A stretch of DNA of 64,000 nt from Candidatus Limivicinus sp. (GTDB lineage: Bacteria; Bacillota; Clostridia; Oscillospirales; Oscillospiraceae), in contig DBFSDV010000002.1 of NCBI GenBank assembly GCA_048417135.1, positions 9,883-73,882 of the forward strand. Reading direction: 5' to 3'. This document shows positions 51,176 to 58,720 of the stretch, piece by piece. Below the pieces are notes generated by a model. The model did no database searches, was not told where the DNA came from, and worked only from the letters and a program-made list of their open reading frames with translations. Positions within the stretch are counted from its first letter, which is position 1. Each line of letters begins with the position of its first letter. Both the position numbers and the translations under genes were made by a program.

Positions 51176-52291
51176 TCAGGGTGCAAAACTGTAAGGGCCG
51201 TGCTTATCGAAATTCCCGTCTACAAGCATAAACATAAGCCTTTCGGGATGTTCTACTTTAGGAACTCCTTCAGTTATGCTGTAGCTTCCGTCACTATTCA
51301 GAGTGTTGCTGCTGCTCCCCCTAGGGCCTCCGGAAGTAAAATACTCCCCGTTTTCATCCAACATGGAAAATAGAACCTCTTTGCCTCTGTATGTGAAAGT
51401 GCAGTAGTAACCCAGCTCGGTTTCCTCAATGACTAGACTTTCGATGCTGATTTGGTATTTTTCCTCAATCTCCGGGTCAAAACTAGTGAAAACCATAGAG
51501 CTCAGGCGACTGCTCTTGTTTTGAAGACTTACACTAAATTCAGTCCGCTCTTCCACCGGTACAATTGACTGCTGCTCAACAGGATAGGTAAAGGCGGTGC
51601 AGGTCAAGACAAACTCCTTGTCCTCACTGGGATTCTGACTGCTGCCGTATATATGCAGACTGCCGTCTGGAGAGACTTCATAAGCTTGGCCAAAATCGGA
51701 GATTGGCTCCCCGTCATAACAGATATAGATAGAAGCGTACCTGAGCTCTTTCCCGCATTTATCTGCAAATTCTGCAACAGTACCCTCAGTTATTCCACTT
51801 ATGCCAAGTTGTGAGGCAGGGCTGTCGGGAACCAGAGTCTGGTCTATCAGCATTATACCGTCGTCCACAGGCTGGATATGAAAATGGATGTAAATACTGC
51901 TGTTGTCGCATATTGCCTCAAGCACTTTGTATTCTGCCCAGTCATCTCCTGCAAGGGCAAGACAGTTCTCGCCTTCGGTCAAATCACTTCCGAAACTCTC
52001 GTCGGCTTTTGTGCTCAATCTGTCCAAGGTTTCCGCATCGGCCAGGCCCAATCCGGTCAGCCACTCGATAAGTCCGCCGGATACGGCAATGGTGCAGGCC
52101 GTTATCAAAAAAGCCAGAACCAGTACGGCTACCAGAATAAGCTTTGGTCTTAGCTGCCTGCGGCCCAAATTATGCGCACTGTAAGGGTAACTGCTGGTGC
52201 TGCTACGAAAGCTCTCCATTACTTTGACTTTAAGGGCTTCAGGAGGGCGTATTTCCCGGCACAGCCTGGTGTACTCTTTAAAATTAGCCAT
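51176..52291 (-). CDS. putative anti-sigma factor (single-pass, large extracytoplasmic domain)
   Basis: 371 aa with a short cytoplasmic N-terminus, one TM (LILVAVLVLAFLITACTIAV) and a ~290-aa external domain. It overlaps the ECF sigma gene stop by 8 nt. Confidence 0.6.
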   Translation of the reverse strand: MANFKEYTRLCREIRPPEALKVKVMESFRSSTSSYPYSAHNLGRRQLRPKLILVAVLVLAFLITACTIAVSGGLIEWLTGLGLADAETLDRLSTKADESFGSDLTEGENCLALAGDDWAEYKVLEAICDNSSIYIHFHIQPVDDGIMLIDQTLVPDSPASQLGISGITEGTVAEFADKCGKELRYASIYICYDGEPISDFGQAYEVSPDGSLHIYGSSQNPSEDKEFVLTCTAFTYPVEQQSIVPVEERTEFSVSLQNKSSRLSSMVFTSFDPEIEEKYQISIESLVIEETELGYYCTFTYRGKEVLFSMLDENGEYFTSGGPRGSSSNTLNSDGSYSITEGVPKVEHPERLMFMLVDGNFDKHGPYSFAP

Positions 52292-52769
52292 AACTGTTCA
52301 ACTCCTTCCTTAACGTAGCTCTGGCCCGGTTCAGGTTTACCCGTACTGCAGTTTCAGTCATTCTGAGCATTCCGGCTATTTCCCGGGAGGTATAATTTTC
52401 ACCGTAATACAGGTGAAATATCGTCCGCTGCTTTCCGGGCAGACGGTTTGCTGCATCCCAAATTTCAAGTCCGCTGTCCAGACCTGAGCAAGTTAGCTCT
52501 GGTAAGTCCTCCAACTTTAGCAAGCTTTTCCTCCGGCGTTGCCGGCCAATATCGTTGCAGCAATTTATTGCCACTCTTATGAGCCAGGCTTTCAACCGGT
52601 CATCGTCCCAAAGTTCTGCCCGCTTCTGCTGACAGAGGCGGAGAAATGTATCCTGATATACGTCTTCTGCATCTGCGGTATTTTGCAGACGGCAAAGAGC
52701 CAAACGATATATAGTGTCTCCGTACAGGGCCATGGCCTGTGTCAGAAAGTCTTCGGTCATTCGTATCAC
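52284..52769 (-). CDS. ECF-subfamily sigma-70 factor
   Basis: 161 aa with region 2 (DAEDVYQDTFLRL....WLIRVAINCCND) and region 4 (LPGKQRTIFHLYYGENYTSREIAGMLRMTETAVRVNLNRAR). Confidence 0.9.
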   Translation of the reverse strand: MIRMTEDFLTQAMALYGDTIYRLALCRLQNTADAEDVYQDTFLRLCQQKRAELWDDDRLKAWLIRVAINCCNDIGRQRRRKSLLKLEDLPELTCSGLDSGLEIWDAANRLPGKQRTIFHLYYGENYTSREIAGMLRMTETAVRVNLNRARATLRKELNSYG

Positions 52770-52794
52770 ATCCTTTTTGCCTTTCTGTATATAA

Positions 52795-52821
52795 CACGGT
52801 GTAAGGAGATAAAATGTTACA
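52795..52821 (-). promoter_or_regulatory. ECF-type promoter (TGTAAC-17-CGTG on minus strand), probably autoregulatory
   Basis: An AAC-containing -35 and a CGT -10 with a 17-nt spacer, ~30 nt upstream of the ECF sigma start. It matches the SigX/SigW-type consensus. Confidence 0.5.
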
Positions 52822-52852
52822 TAAAAAATAGGCAGCTGACCACTGCCTATTT
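52821..52852 (-). terminator. Rho-independent terminator of the peptidase-like gene
   Basis: Stem AATAGGCAG/CTGCCTATT followed by TTTTTT on the minus strand. Confidence 0.65.
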
Positions 52853-52864
52853 AAAAAGTTATAA

Positions 52865-53542
52865 TCACTTGCTCTCAATGTACAGAATGCCGCAGAGGAG
52901 GGGATTGCTGCTGCTCCTGGCATAGCTCATATAGTCCCGGCGGCTGACGTAGTATTTTTTGCCCCAGGAGGAGAGCTGCATCAAATCCTCGTCCAGCCCG
53001 GTGACGGTGACGAAATGGGCCCGGGCGTCGGCAGAGGGCTGAAGCCTGCCGGAAAGGCCTGGAGTCTGAAGGGCCAGGCCTTTTTTCTCCCAGAATTTCG
53101 GGAAGTTTGTCCCCACGGCGCAGACAATGGGGATGTCGGCCTTGAGCATTTTCTCCATGCGTCCCCATATCCCGGTTGTTGCCGGGAGCCATGAAGCCCG
53201 AAAAGGGAGACAGTGTGTTTTGAAGAAGCGGCACATGCCCAGGGCCAGGGCAACTCCGTTGGTGCCCAGAGGGTAGAGGACGGGGAAATACTTCCTTTTC
53301 ATGGCCGCAAGGCAGCTTTCATAGTTCCCGCCGCTCATTGCATCTTCCGCGTCAAAGGAGCCCAGTTCCGGAACATTCGTCCAGCGGCAGCGGCTCCTGA
53401 GATAGAGCAGGCAGTCCAGGGCCGCTACGATGCCGCAGCCGCATTTTTGAATGACACGGTCAGAGCTGAGGCGCTGATTCCCTCCGTAAGTGCTGAGAGC
53501 GCCGTAATTGATTTTTATATATTCGCCTTTTAATTCCAGCAT
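52865..53542 (-). CDS. cytoplasmic papain-fold cysteine peptidase-like protein (C39-like/BtrH_N-like)
   Basis: ~225 aa with no signal peptide. Candidate catalytic residues are Gln/Cys (GGNQ...QKCGCGIVAAL) and His (ARAHFVTVTG), followed by an SSWG motif. The start is ATG 53542 or upstream TTG 53569. Confidence 0.5.
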   Translation of the reverse strand: MLELKGEYIKINYGALSTYGGNQRLSSDRVIQKCGCGIVAALDCLLYLRSRCRWTNVPELGSFDAEDAMSGGNYESCLAAMKRKYFPVLYPLGTNGVALALGMCRFFKTHCLPFRASWLPATTGIWGRMEKMLKADIPIVCAVGTNFPKFWEKKGLALQTPGLSGRLQPSADARAHFVTVTGLDEDLMQLSSWGKKYYVSRRDYMSYARSSSNPLLCGILYIESK

Positions 53543-53670
53543 ATTATCACCGCTGTGATTATACCCCAATTGCGCCCCGCTTTCAATGAAATATCAGGGA
53601 AAAGCAGTGGCAAAGAGGAAAGGCTTATGCTATAATCAGGGACTAGAGAGCCCATATTTGGAGGTGCCCC

Positions 53671-54585
53671 ATGCTGGATTTTTTGAGACAAGAGGGAATA
53701 AACGAAAATATAATTGACCGGATAGAGGATTTCCGCCGCAGCTACCCCGTGCCGCCGGAGGATGAATACCGGGTATCTCAGCCCAAATACCGCTATTACG
53801 GCACGGATATCTGGAACAAGGCGCTGACGGCGCTGCTGGCAGGGGAGAATATATTGCTGGTTGGCCCGAAGGCAACTGGCAAGAACGTGCTGGCGGAGAA
53901 TCTGTCCGCAGTGTTCCGCCGCCCGGAGTGGAACGTCTCCTTCTACTTGAACACCGATGCCTCCTCCCTAATCGGCACCGACACCTTCAAGGACGGAGCC
54001 GTGGTGTTCCGCCAGGGCCCCATATACAAGTGCGCCGTCAGGGGCGGTTTTGGCATACTGGACGAGATAAACATGGCCAAGAATGAGTCTCTGGCCGTGC
54101 TCCACGCCACTCTGGACTTCCGCCGCATAATCGACGTGCCAGGCTATGACCGCATAGAGCTCTCGCCCTGCACCAGATTCATAGCCACCATGAACTACGG
54201 CTATGCCGGTACCCGGGAGCTGAACGAGGCCCTGGCCTCCCGCTTCATGGTCATCAACATGCCCATAATCAGCCGGGAGAACCTGGCAAAGCTGCTGAAA
54301 TCCCAGTTTGAAAACCTGAAGGATGACTATGCAGATCTCCTGGCGGAGCTCTTTGAGGACATCCGCAAGAAGTGCGACAGCTCGGAAATTTCCACCAAGC
54401 CTCTGGACCTCCGGGGCCTCATGTCTTCGGTGTCCCTGGTGGCCAACGGCCTGAGCATGGGCCAGGCCTTGGAGCTGGGCATCATCAATAAATCCTTCGA
54501 CGACTTTGAGCGCCAGCTGGTGGCGGATATAATTAACACCAAGGTAAGCTCCAGGCTGACTGCTGCCGACATCTTTGAAAGCTGA
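53671..54585 (+). CDS. AAA+ ATPase, AAA_5 / NorQ-CbbQ-GvpN (MoxR-class) type
   Basis: 304 aa with Walker A LVGPKATGKN, Walker B FGILDEIN, sensor-1 ATMN, and ...GTRELNEALASRF. Confidence 0.8.
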   Translation: MLDFLRQEGINENIIDRIEDFRRSYPVPPEDEYRVSQPKYRYYGTDIWNKALTALLAGENILLVGPKATGKNVLAENLSAVFRRPEWNVSFYLNTDASSLIGTDTFKDGAVVFRQGPIYKCAVRGGFGILDEINMAKNESLAVLHATLDFRRIIDVPGYDRIELSPCTRFIATMNYGYAGTRELNEALASRFMVINMPIISRENLAKLLKSQFENLKDDYADLLAELFEDIRKKCDSSEISTKPLDLRGLMSSVSLVANGLSMGQALELGIINKSFDDFERQLVADIINTKVSSRLTAADIFES

Positions 54586-56297
54586 TGGACCAGGTATCGA
54601 AGCTCCAGCAGAGACGGGCCGAAAATATAATATGGAACAGCGCAGGGGACTACGGTTTCCGCCCGGACTTCAAGGCCTTTGACAAGGAAGGCCAGGCGGA
54701 GCTGTACTGGAACTGTATAATAGGCGCAGCCCGGAGGCATTATGAATACCCCAAGCTGGAGGAGCTCTTCAAAGCCCTGGACCAGTACGAGGAAGGGGAC
54801 AGCTATGAGGGCCTTCTCTGGCTGGGCCTGGAAAACGCCTTGTATTTAAAGGAGCTGCCCCGCCGCCCGGCCCTGGAGGAGCTGAGGGAGAACTATGCCC
54901 GCAGCCTCACAAAGCAGCTGGCCGGCACCGAGGACGACCGTTTCTATGACTTTATGGCCCTGGCCCACTTTACCAGGGCTCTGGGGGAAGAGCCCAGGCT
55001 GGGCAGATATGACGCCTCCCTTCTGGATGAGCTGGAGTTTGGCCCGGAGCTCTCCACCGACCAGATAGTGGAGCGGGCAAAGGAGCTCTTTGGCCGCTGG
55101 TTTCAGATAAGCGCCCAGCTGAGGAAAAAGGAGCGGCGTCTTCAGCCCTCGCTGCTTGGCCGTAAAATGGGAAAGCAGAGGGGGAGCCGGCGCTTCCGCC
55201 GCTTTGGGGCGGGCTTTGCCGAGCACCCGGACGATGCCTACGGCGGGGAGAATACCGGCGGCAAGAGGGAAGAGCAGGAACTGCGCACCAAGCTCAGCGC
55301 CGGAGAGCTCAGGGAATTTATGGAGTCCAAATTCGGCGAGCCAATATACCGCCCGTCCAGGATGATGGAGATAGAGCGCAGCCTCTGTACCGGCAACCAC
55401 AGGGACTGCCACCTGCTCTTCACCCGGGGCGAGGTGATAAAGGGCAAGATACAAAACGCCTTTGAAGCCCTGCAGAAGGAAAAAGAGGCGGCGCAGATTG
55501 AGAAAAACCGCAAGAGCTTTTACAGCCAGCTGCCCCGGAACATGACGGTCATCTCAAAGCTCAGCGAGAAGATACAAAACTCCGTACTGCTGCACCTGGA
55601 GCCCACGGATGTGAAAGCCAACTCCGGCAGGCTCAGCGGCGAACTGGTGTGGCGGGCGGCGATGCTTGAGGACGACAAGGTCTTCACCAAGACCGAGCAG
55701 GGGGACAAGGGGAATCTCAGCATAGACATTTTGCTGGATGCCTCCACCTCCCAGAAGCGGCGTCAGGAGCTGGTGTCCGGCCAGGGCTATATTATAGCCG
55801 AGAGCCTGAGCCGCTGCGGCATACCCTGCCGGGTCATGTCCTTTTGCTCCATGACCGGCTTCACCATAATGCGCATCTTCCGGGACTATAACCAGTGGAA
55901 CAGGAACGACAGGATATTCCAGTACGTGTCCAACGGCTGCAATCGGGACGGCCTGGCCATCCGCGCCGCCCATTACCTGATAAACGAGAGCCCCTATGAG
56001 CACAAGGTGCTAATCGTCCTCTCCGACGTGAAGCCCAACGACGTCATCAAGATACGGGACAGGTCCGGCGGGGAACTGTCCGCCTATGAATATGAGACGG
56101 GGCTGACGGATACGGCCCTTGAGGTGCGCCGGGCCAAGGCGGACGGGATATCGGTGGTCTGCGTCTTTACAGGCAACGACGAGGACCTGCCGGGGGCCAA
56201 GCTGGTCTACGGCCGGGATTTTGCCCGCATACAGTCTCTGGACAAGTTTGCGGATACTGTGGGTATGCTCATACAAAACCAGATAAAATTGATGTAA
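54585..56297 (+). CDS. vWA-domain protein of NorD/CobT type (partner of the AAA+ ATPase)
   Basis: 570 aa. Its ATG overlaps the ATPase stop (TGATG). The C-terminal vWA has the MIDAS DxSxS motif (DILLDASTSQ) and VLIVLSDVKPND. The ~370-aa helical/basic N-terminal region is unassigned. Confidence 0.75.
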   Translation: MDQVSKLQQRRAENIIWNSAGDYGFRPDFKAFDKEGQAELYWNCIIGAARRHYEYPKLEELFKALDQYEEGDSYEGLLWLGLENALYLKELPRRPALEELRENYARSLTKQLAGTEDDRFYDFMALAHFTRALGEEPRLGRYDASLLDELEFGPELSTDQIVERAKELFGRWFQISAQLRKKERRLQPSLLGRKMGKQRGSRRFRRFGAGFAEHPDDAYGGENTGGKREEQELRTKLSAGELREFMESKFGEPIYRPSRMMEIERSLCTGNHRDCHLLFTRGEVIKGKIQNAFEALQKEKEAAQIEKNRKSFYSQLPRNMTVISKLSEKIQNSVLLHLEPTDVKANSGRLSGELVWRAAMLEDDKVFTKTEQGDKGNLSIDILLDASTSQKRRQELVSGQGYIIAESLSRCGIPCRVMSFCSMTGFTIMRIFRDYNQWNRNDRIFQYVSNGCNRDGLAIRAAHYLINESPYEHKVLIVLSDVKPNDVIKIRDRSGGELSAYEYETGLTDTALEVRRAKADGISVVCVFTGNDEDLPGAKLVYGRDFARIQSLDKFADTVGMLIQNQIKLM

Positions 56298-56332
56298 AAA
56301 ATTGTCGGGACAAAATGTCCCGACAATTTTTT
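56296..56332. terminator. bidirectional terminator between the vWA gene (+) and pfp (-)
   Basis: AAAAAATTGTCGGGA ... TCCCGACAATTTTTT is a perfect hairpin with A and T runs. Confidence 0.8.
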
Positions 56333-56357
56333 GGCACTTTTTTCTTTTTAAACCGTC

Positions 56358-57599
56358 TTACTTGGCAAGGACCTTTTTCAGCCTTGCGTATCTGGGCAGG
56401 GAGCACTCCAGAGGCAGCTCAGGCTCGCCCTGGATAAGGGGCAGCACGTAGTCGATGAACTCGTGCTTGAGGCCGTTGCCCTCCTCATTTATCCATTCCA
56501 GAGGCACCTTCTTCTCGTAGTTTGCCACGGAGGAGAGGGGGAGAAGGACCATCTTGCAGTGGTACTTGCCGTCGATGTACTCCCGCTCAAAGGCCACCAT
56601 CTTGCCGGTGGTGCCGGAGACGGCCTGCCTGACCGCTTCCTGGCCTGCGCCGAAGGCCTCGTCGATATCGGTCTTGGAGGCCAGGTGAGCGCCGCAGCGC
56701 TGCAGGAGGCTCAGCTCGATGCCGCGGACCTTGGCGCCGGTGTGGTTCTTGACTGTCTCTGCCAGCATGGAAGCCAGGCCGCCCAGCTGTGCGTGGCCGA
56801 AGCCGTCGGTGGCGGAGGCCTTGGCCTCGGAGACGAAGCTGCCGTCGGCATAGTGGATGCCCTCGGACACGGCCACCAGGACCTTGCCGTTGGCCTTGTA
56901 GATGCGATCCACGTCGGCCAGGAACTTGTCCATGTCGAAGTCCAGCTCGGGCAGGTAGATGAGGTCGGGGCCGGAGCCGAACTCGGTGGCAAGGGCGGCG
57001 CTGGCGGCCAGCCAGCCGGCGTGGCGGCCCATGATCTCCACCACGGTTATCATGCCGCTGTCGTAGACTCTGGCGTCCTTGTTTATCTCCATGCAGGAGG
57101 TGGCAATGTACTTGGCGGCGCTGGCGAAGCCGGGGCAGTGGTCGGTGCCGAAGAGGTCGTTGTCAATGGTCTTGGGCACGCCCATGACCCGGCACTCGTA
57201 GCCCACGGACTCCATGTAGCGGCTTATCTTGTTGCAGGTGTCCATGGAGTCGTTGCCGCCGTTATAGAAGAAGTAGCGGACGTTATATTTTTTGAATATT
57301 TCCAGTATACGCTTATAGTCGGTGTCGTCCTTTTCGGGGTCGGCTATCTTGTAGCGGCAGGAGCCCAGCTCGGAAGAAGGGGTGTTCAGCAGCAGCTTCA
57401 GCTCTGCGGGGTCCTCCTCATCCATAATGTAGAGTTTGTCGTCCAGGACGCCCCGGATACCGTGGGCGGCGCCGTAGACAGTGGTGATCTCCTCTGCATC
57501 AAGGGCGGCGCGGATAACGCCGTAAGCGCTGGCGTTTATCACAGCGGTAGGACCTCCGGACTGGCCGAAAATGCAGGAACCAATCAGTTTTTCAGACAT
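56358..57599 (-). CDS. pfp: pyrophosphate-dependent 6-phosphofructokinase (diphosphate--fructose-6-phosphate 1-phosphotransferase)
   Basis: 413 aa of the PFK family. GGNDS (Asp in place of the ATP-PFK Gly) and PKTIDND (Lys in place of Gly) are the PPi-specific signature. Confidence 0.8.
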   Translation of the reverse strand: MSEKLIGSCIFGQSGGPTAVINASAYGVIRAALDAEEITTVYGAAHGIRGVLDDKLYIMDEEDPAELKLLLNTPSSELGSCRYKIADPEKDDTDYKRILEIFKKYNVRYFFYNGGNDSMDTCNKISRYMESVGYECRVMGVPKTIDNDLFGTDHCPGFASAAKYIATSCMEINKDARVYDSGMITVVEIMGRHAGWLAASAALATEFGSGPDLIYLPELDFDMDKFLADVDRIYKANGKVLVAVSEGIHYADGSFVSEAKASATDGFGHAQLGGLASMLAETVKNHTGAKVRGIELSLLQRCGAHLASKTDIDEAFGAGQEAVRQAVSGTTGKMVAFEREYIDGKYHCKMVLLPLSSVANYEKKVPLEWINEEGNGLKHEFIDYVLPLIQGEPELPLECSLPRYARLKKVLAK

Positions 57600-57652
57600 G
57601 TTTCTTCCTCCAAGAATTTTTTGATTTTTATGCGTTTTGTCAAAACTGCGTA

Positions 57653-57681
57653 TTGATTATAAACTGCTTTGAGGATATAAT
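57653..57681 (+). promoter_or_regulatory. sigma-A promoter (TTGATT-17-TATAAT) for fba
   Basis: Hexamers at 57653-57658 and 57676-57681. Confidence 0.55.
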
Positions 57682-57691
57682 AATCTCGAAG

Positions 57692-57718
57692 ATTTGTAAA
57701 TGTACTATTTGTACAAAT
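57692..57718. promoter_or_regulatory. candidate operator: ATTTGTA-N2-TGTAC-N1-ATTTGTACAAAT (perfect 12-bp palindrome at 57707-57718)
   Basis: Read directly. It lies between the fba -10 element and the SD, in the pfp/fba divergent region. Confidence 0.4.
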
Positions 57719-57749
57719 TTTAAATACTTTGTTAAAGGAGAAAAGAAAA

Positions 57750-58685
57750 ATGCCCCTGGTAACAACAAAAGAAATGTTTGCGAAAGCCTATAACGGCGGT
57801 TATGCCGTGGGCGCTTTCAACGTCAACAACATGGAGATAGTTCAGGGCATAACCGAAGCGGCTGCCGAGCTCAATGCCCCCCTTATCCTTCAGGTGTCCA
57901 AGGGCGCCCGGGCCTATGCAAATCATACTTACCTGATAAAGCTGGTCGAGGCCGCAGTGATCGAGACCGGTCTGCCCATCGCCCTCCACCTGGACCACGG
58001 CAACAGCTTTGAACTCTGCAAATCCTGCATTGACGGCGGCTTCACCTCCGTCATGATAGACGCCTCCTCCAAGCCCTTTGAGGAGAATATAGCCCTTACC
58101 CGCCAGGTGGTGGAATATGCCCACGACCACGGCGTGGTCGTGGAGGCCGAGCTTGGCACCCTGGCCGGCATAGAGGACGAAGTGAACGTCTCCGCCGAGG
58201 ACAGCTCCTACACCCGCCCCGAGGATGTTCAGGAGTTCGTGGAGCGCACCGGCTGCGACTCTCTGGCTATAGCTATCGGCACCTCCCACGGTGCATATAA
58301 ATTCAAGCCCGGCACCGACCCCAAGCTGCGTCTGGATATTCTGGAAGAGGTCCAGAAGCGCCTGCCCGGCTTCCCCATAGTTCTCCACGGCTCTTCTTCC
58401 GTTCCCCAGGAGTTTGTGAAGATAATCAACGAGAACGGCGGCAACATGCCCGGCGCCATCGGCATCCCCGAGGAGCAGCTGCGCCTGGCCGCCCAGATGG
58501 CCGTCTGCAAGATCAATATCGACTCCGACCTGCGTCTTGCCATGACCGCCAGCATCAGGAAGTACTTCAACGAGCATCCCGATCACTTTGACCCCCGCCA
58601 GTACCTTGCTCCGGCCCGCACCGCCATCAAGGAAATGGTTAAGCACAAGATCGTGGACGTTCTCGGCTGCGACGGAAAGGCCTGA
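57750..58685 (+). CDS. fba: class II fructose-1,6-bisphosphate aldolase
   Basis: MPLVTTKEMFAKAYNGGYAVGAFNVNNME..., LHLDHG, and HGSSSVPQE. The SD AAAGGAG lies upstream. Confidence 0.95.
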   Translation: MPLVTTKEMFAKAYNGGYAVGAFNVNNMEIVQGITEAAAELNAPLILQVSKGARAYANHTYLIKLVEAAVIETGLPIALHLDHGNSFELCKSCIDGGFTSVMIDASSKPFEENIALTRQVVEYAHDHGVVVEAELGTLAGIEDEVNVSAEDSSYTRPEDVQEFVERTGCDSLAIAIGTSHGAYKFKPGTDPKLRLDILEEVQKRLPGFPIVLHGSSSVPQEFVKIINENGGNMPGAIGIPEEQLRLAAQMAVCKINIDSDLRLAMTASIRKYFNEHPDHFDPRQYLAPARTAIKEMVKHKIVDVLGCDGKA

Positions 58686-58720
58686 GCATCTTTCTCTAAG
58701 CAAAAACAGGAGGTGGCAAA

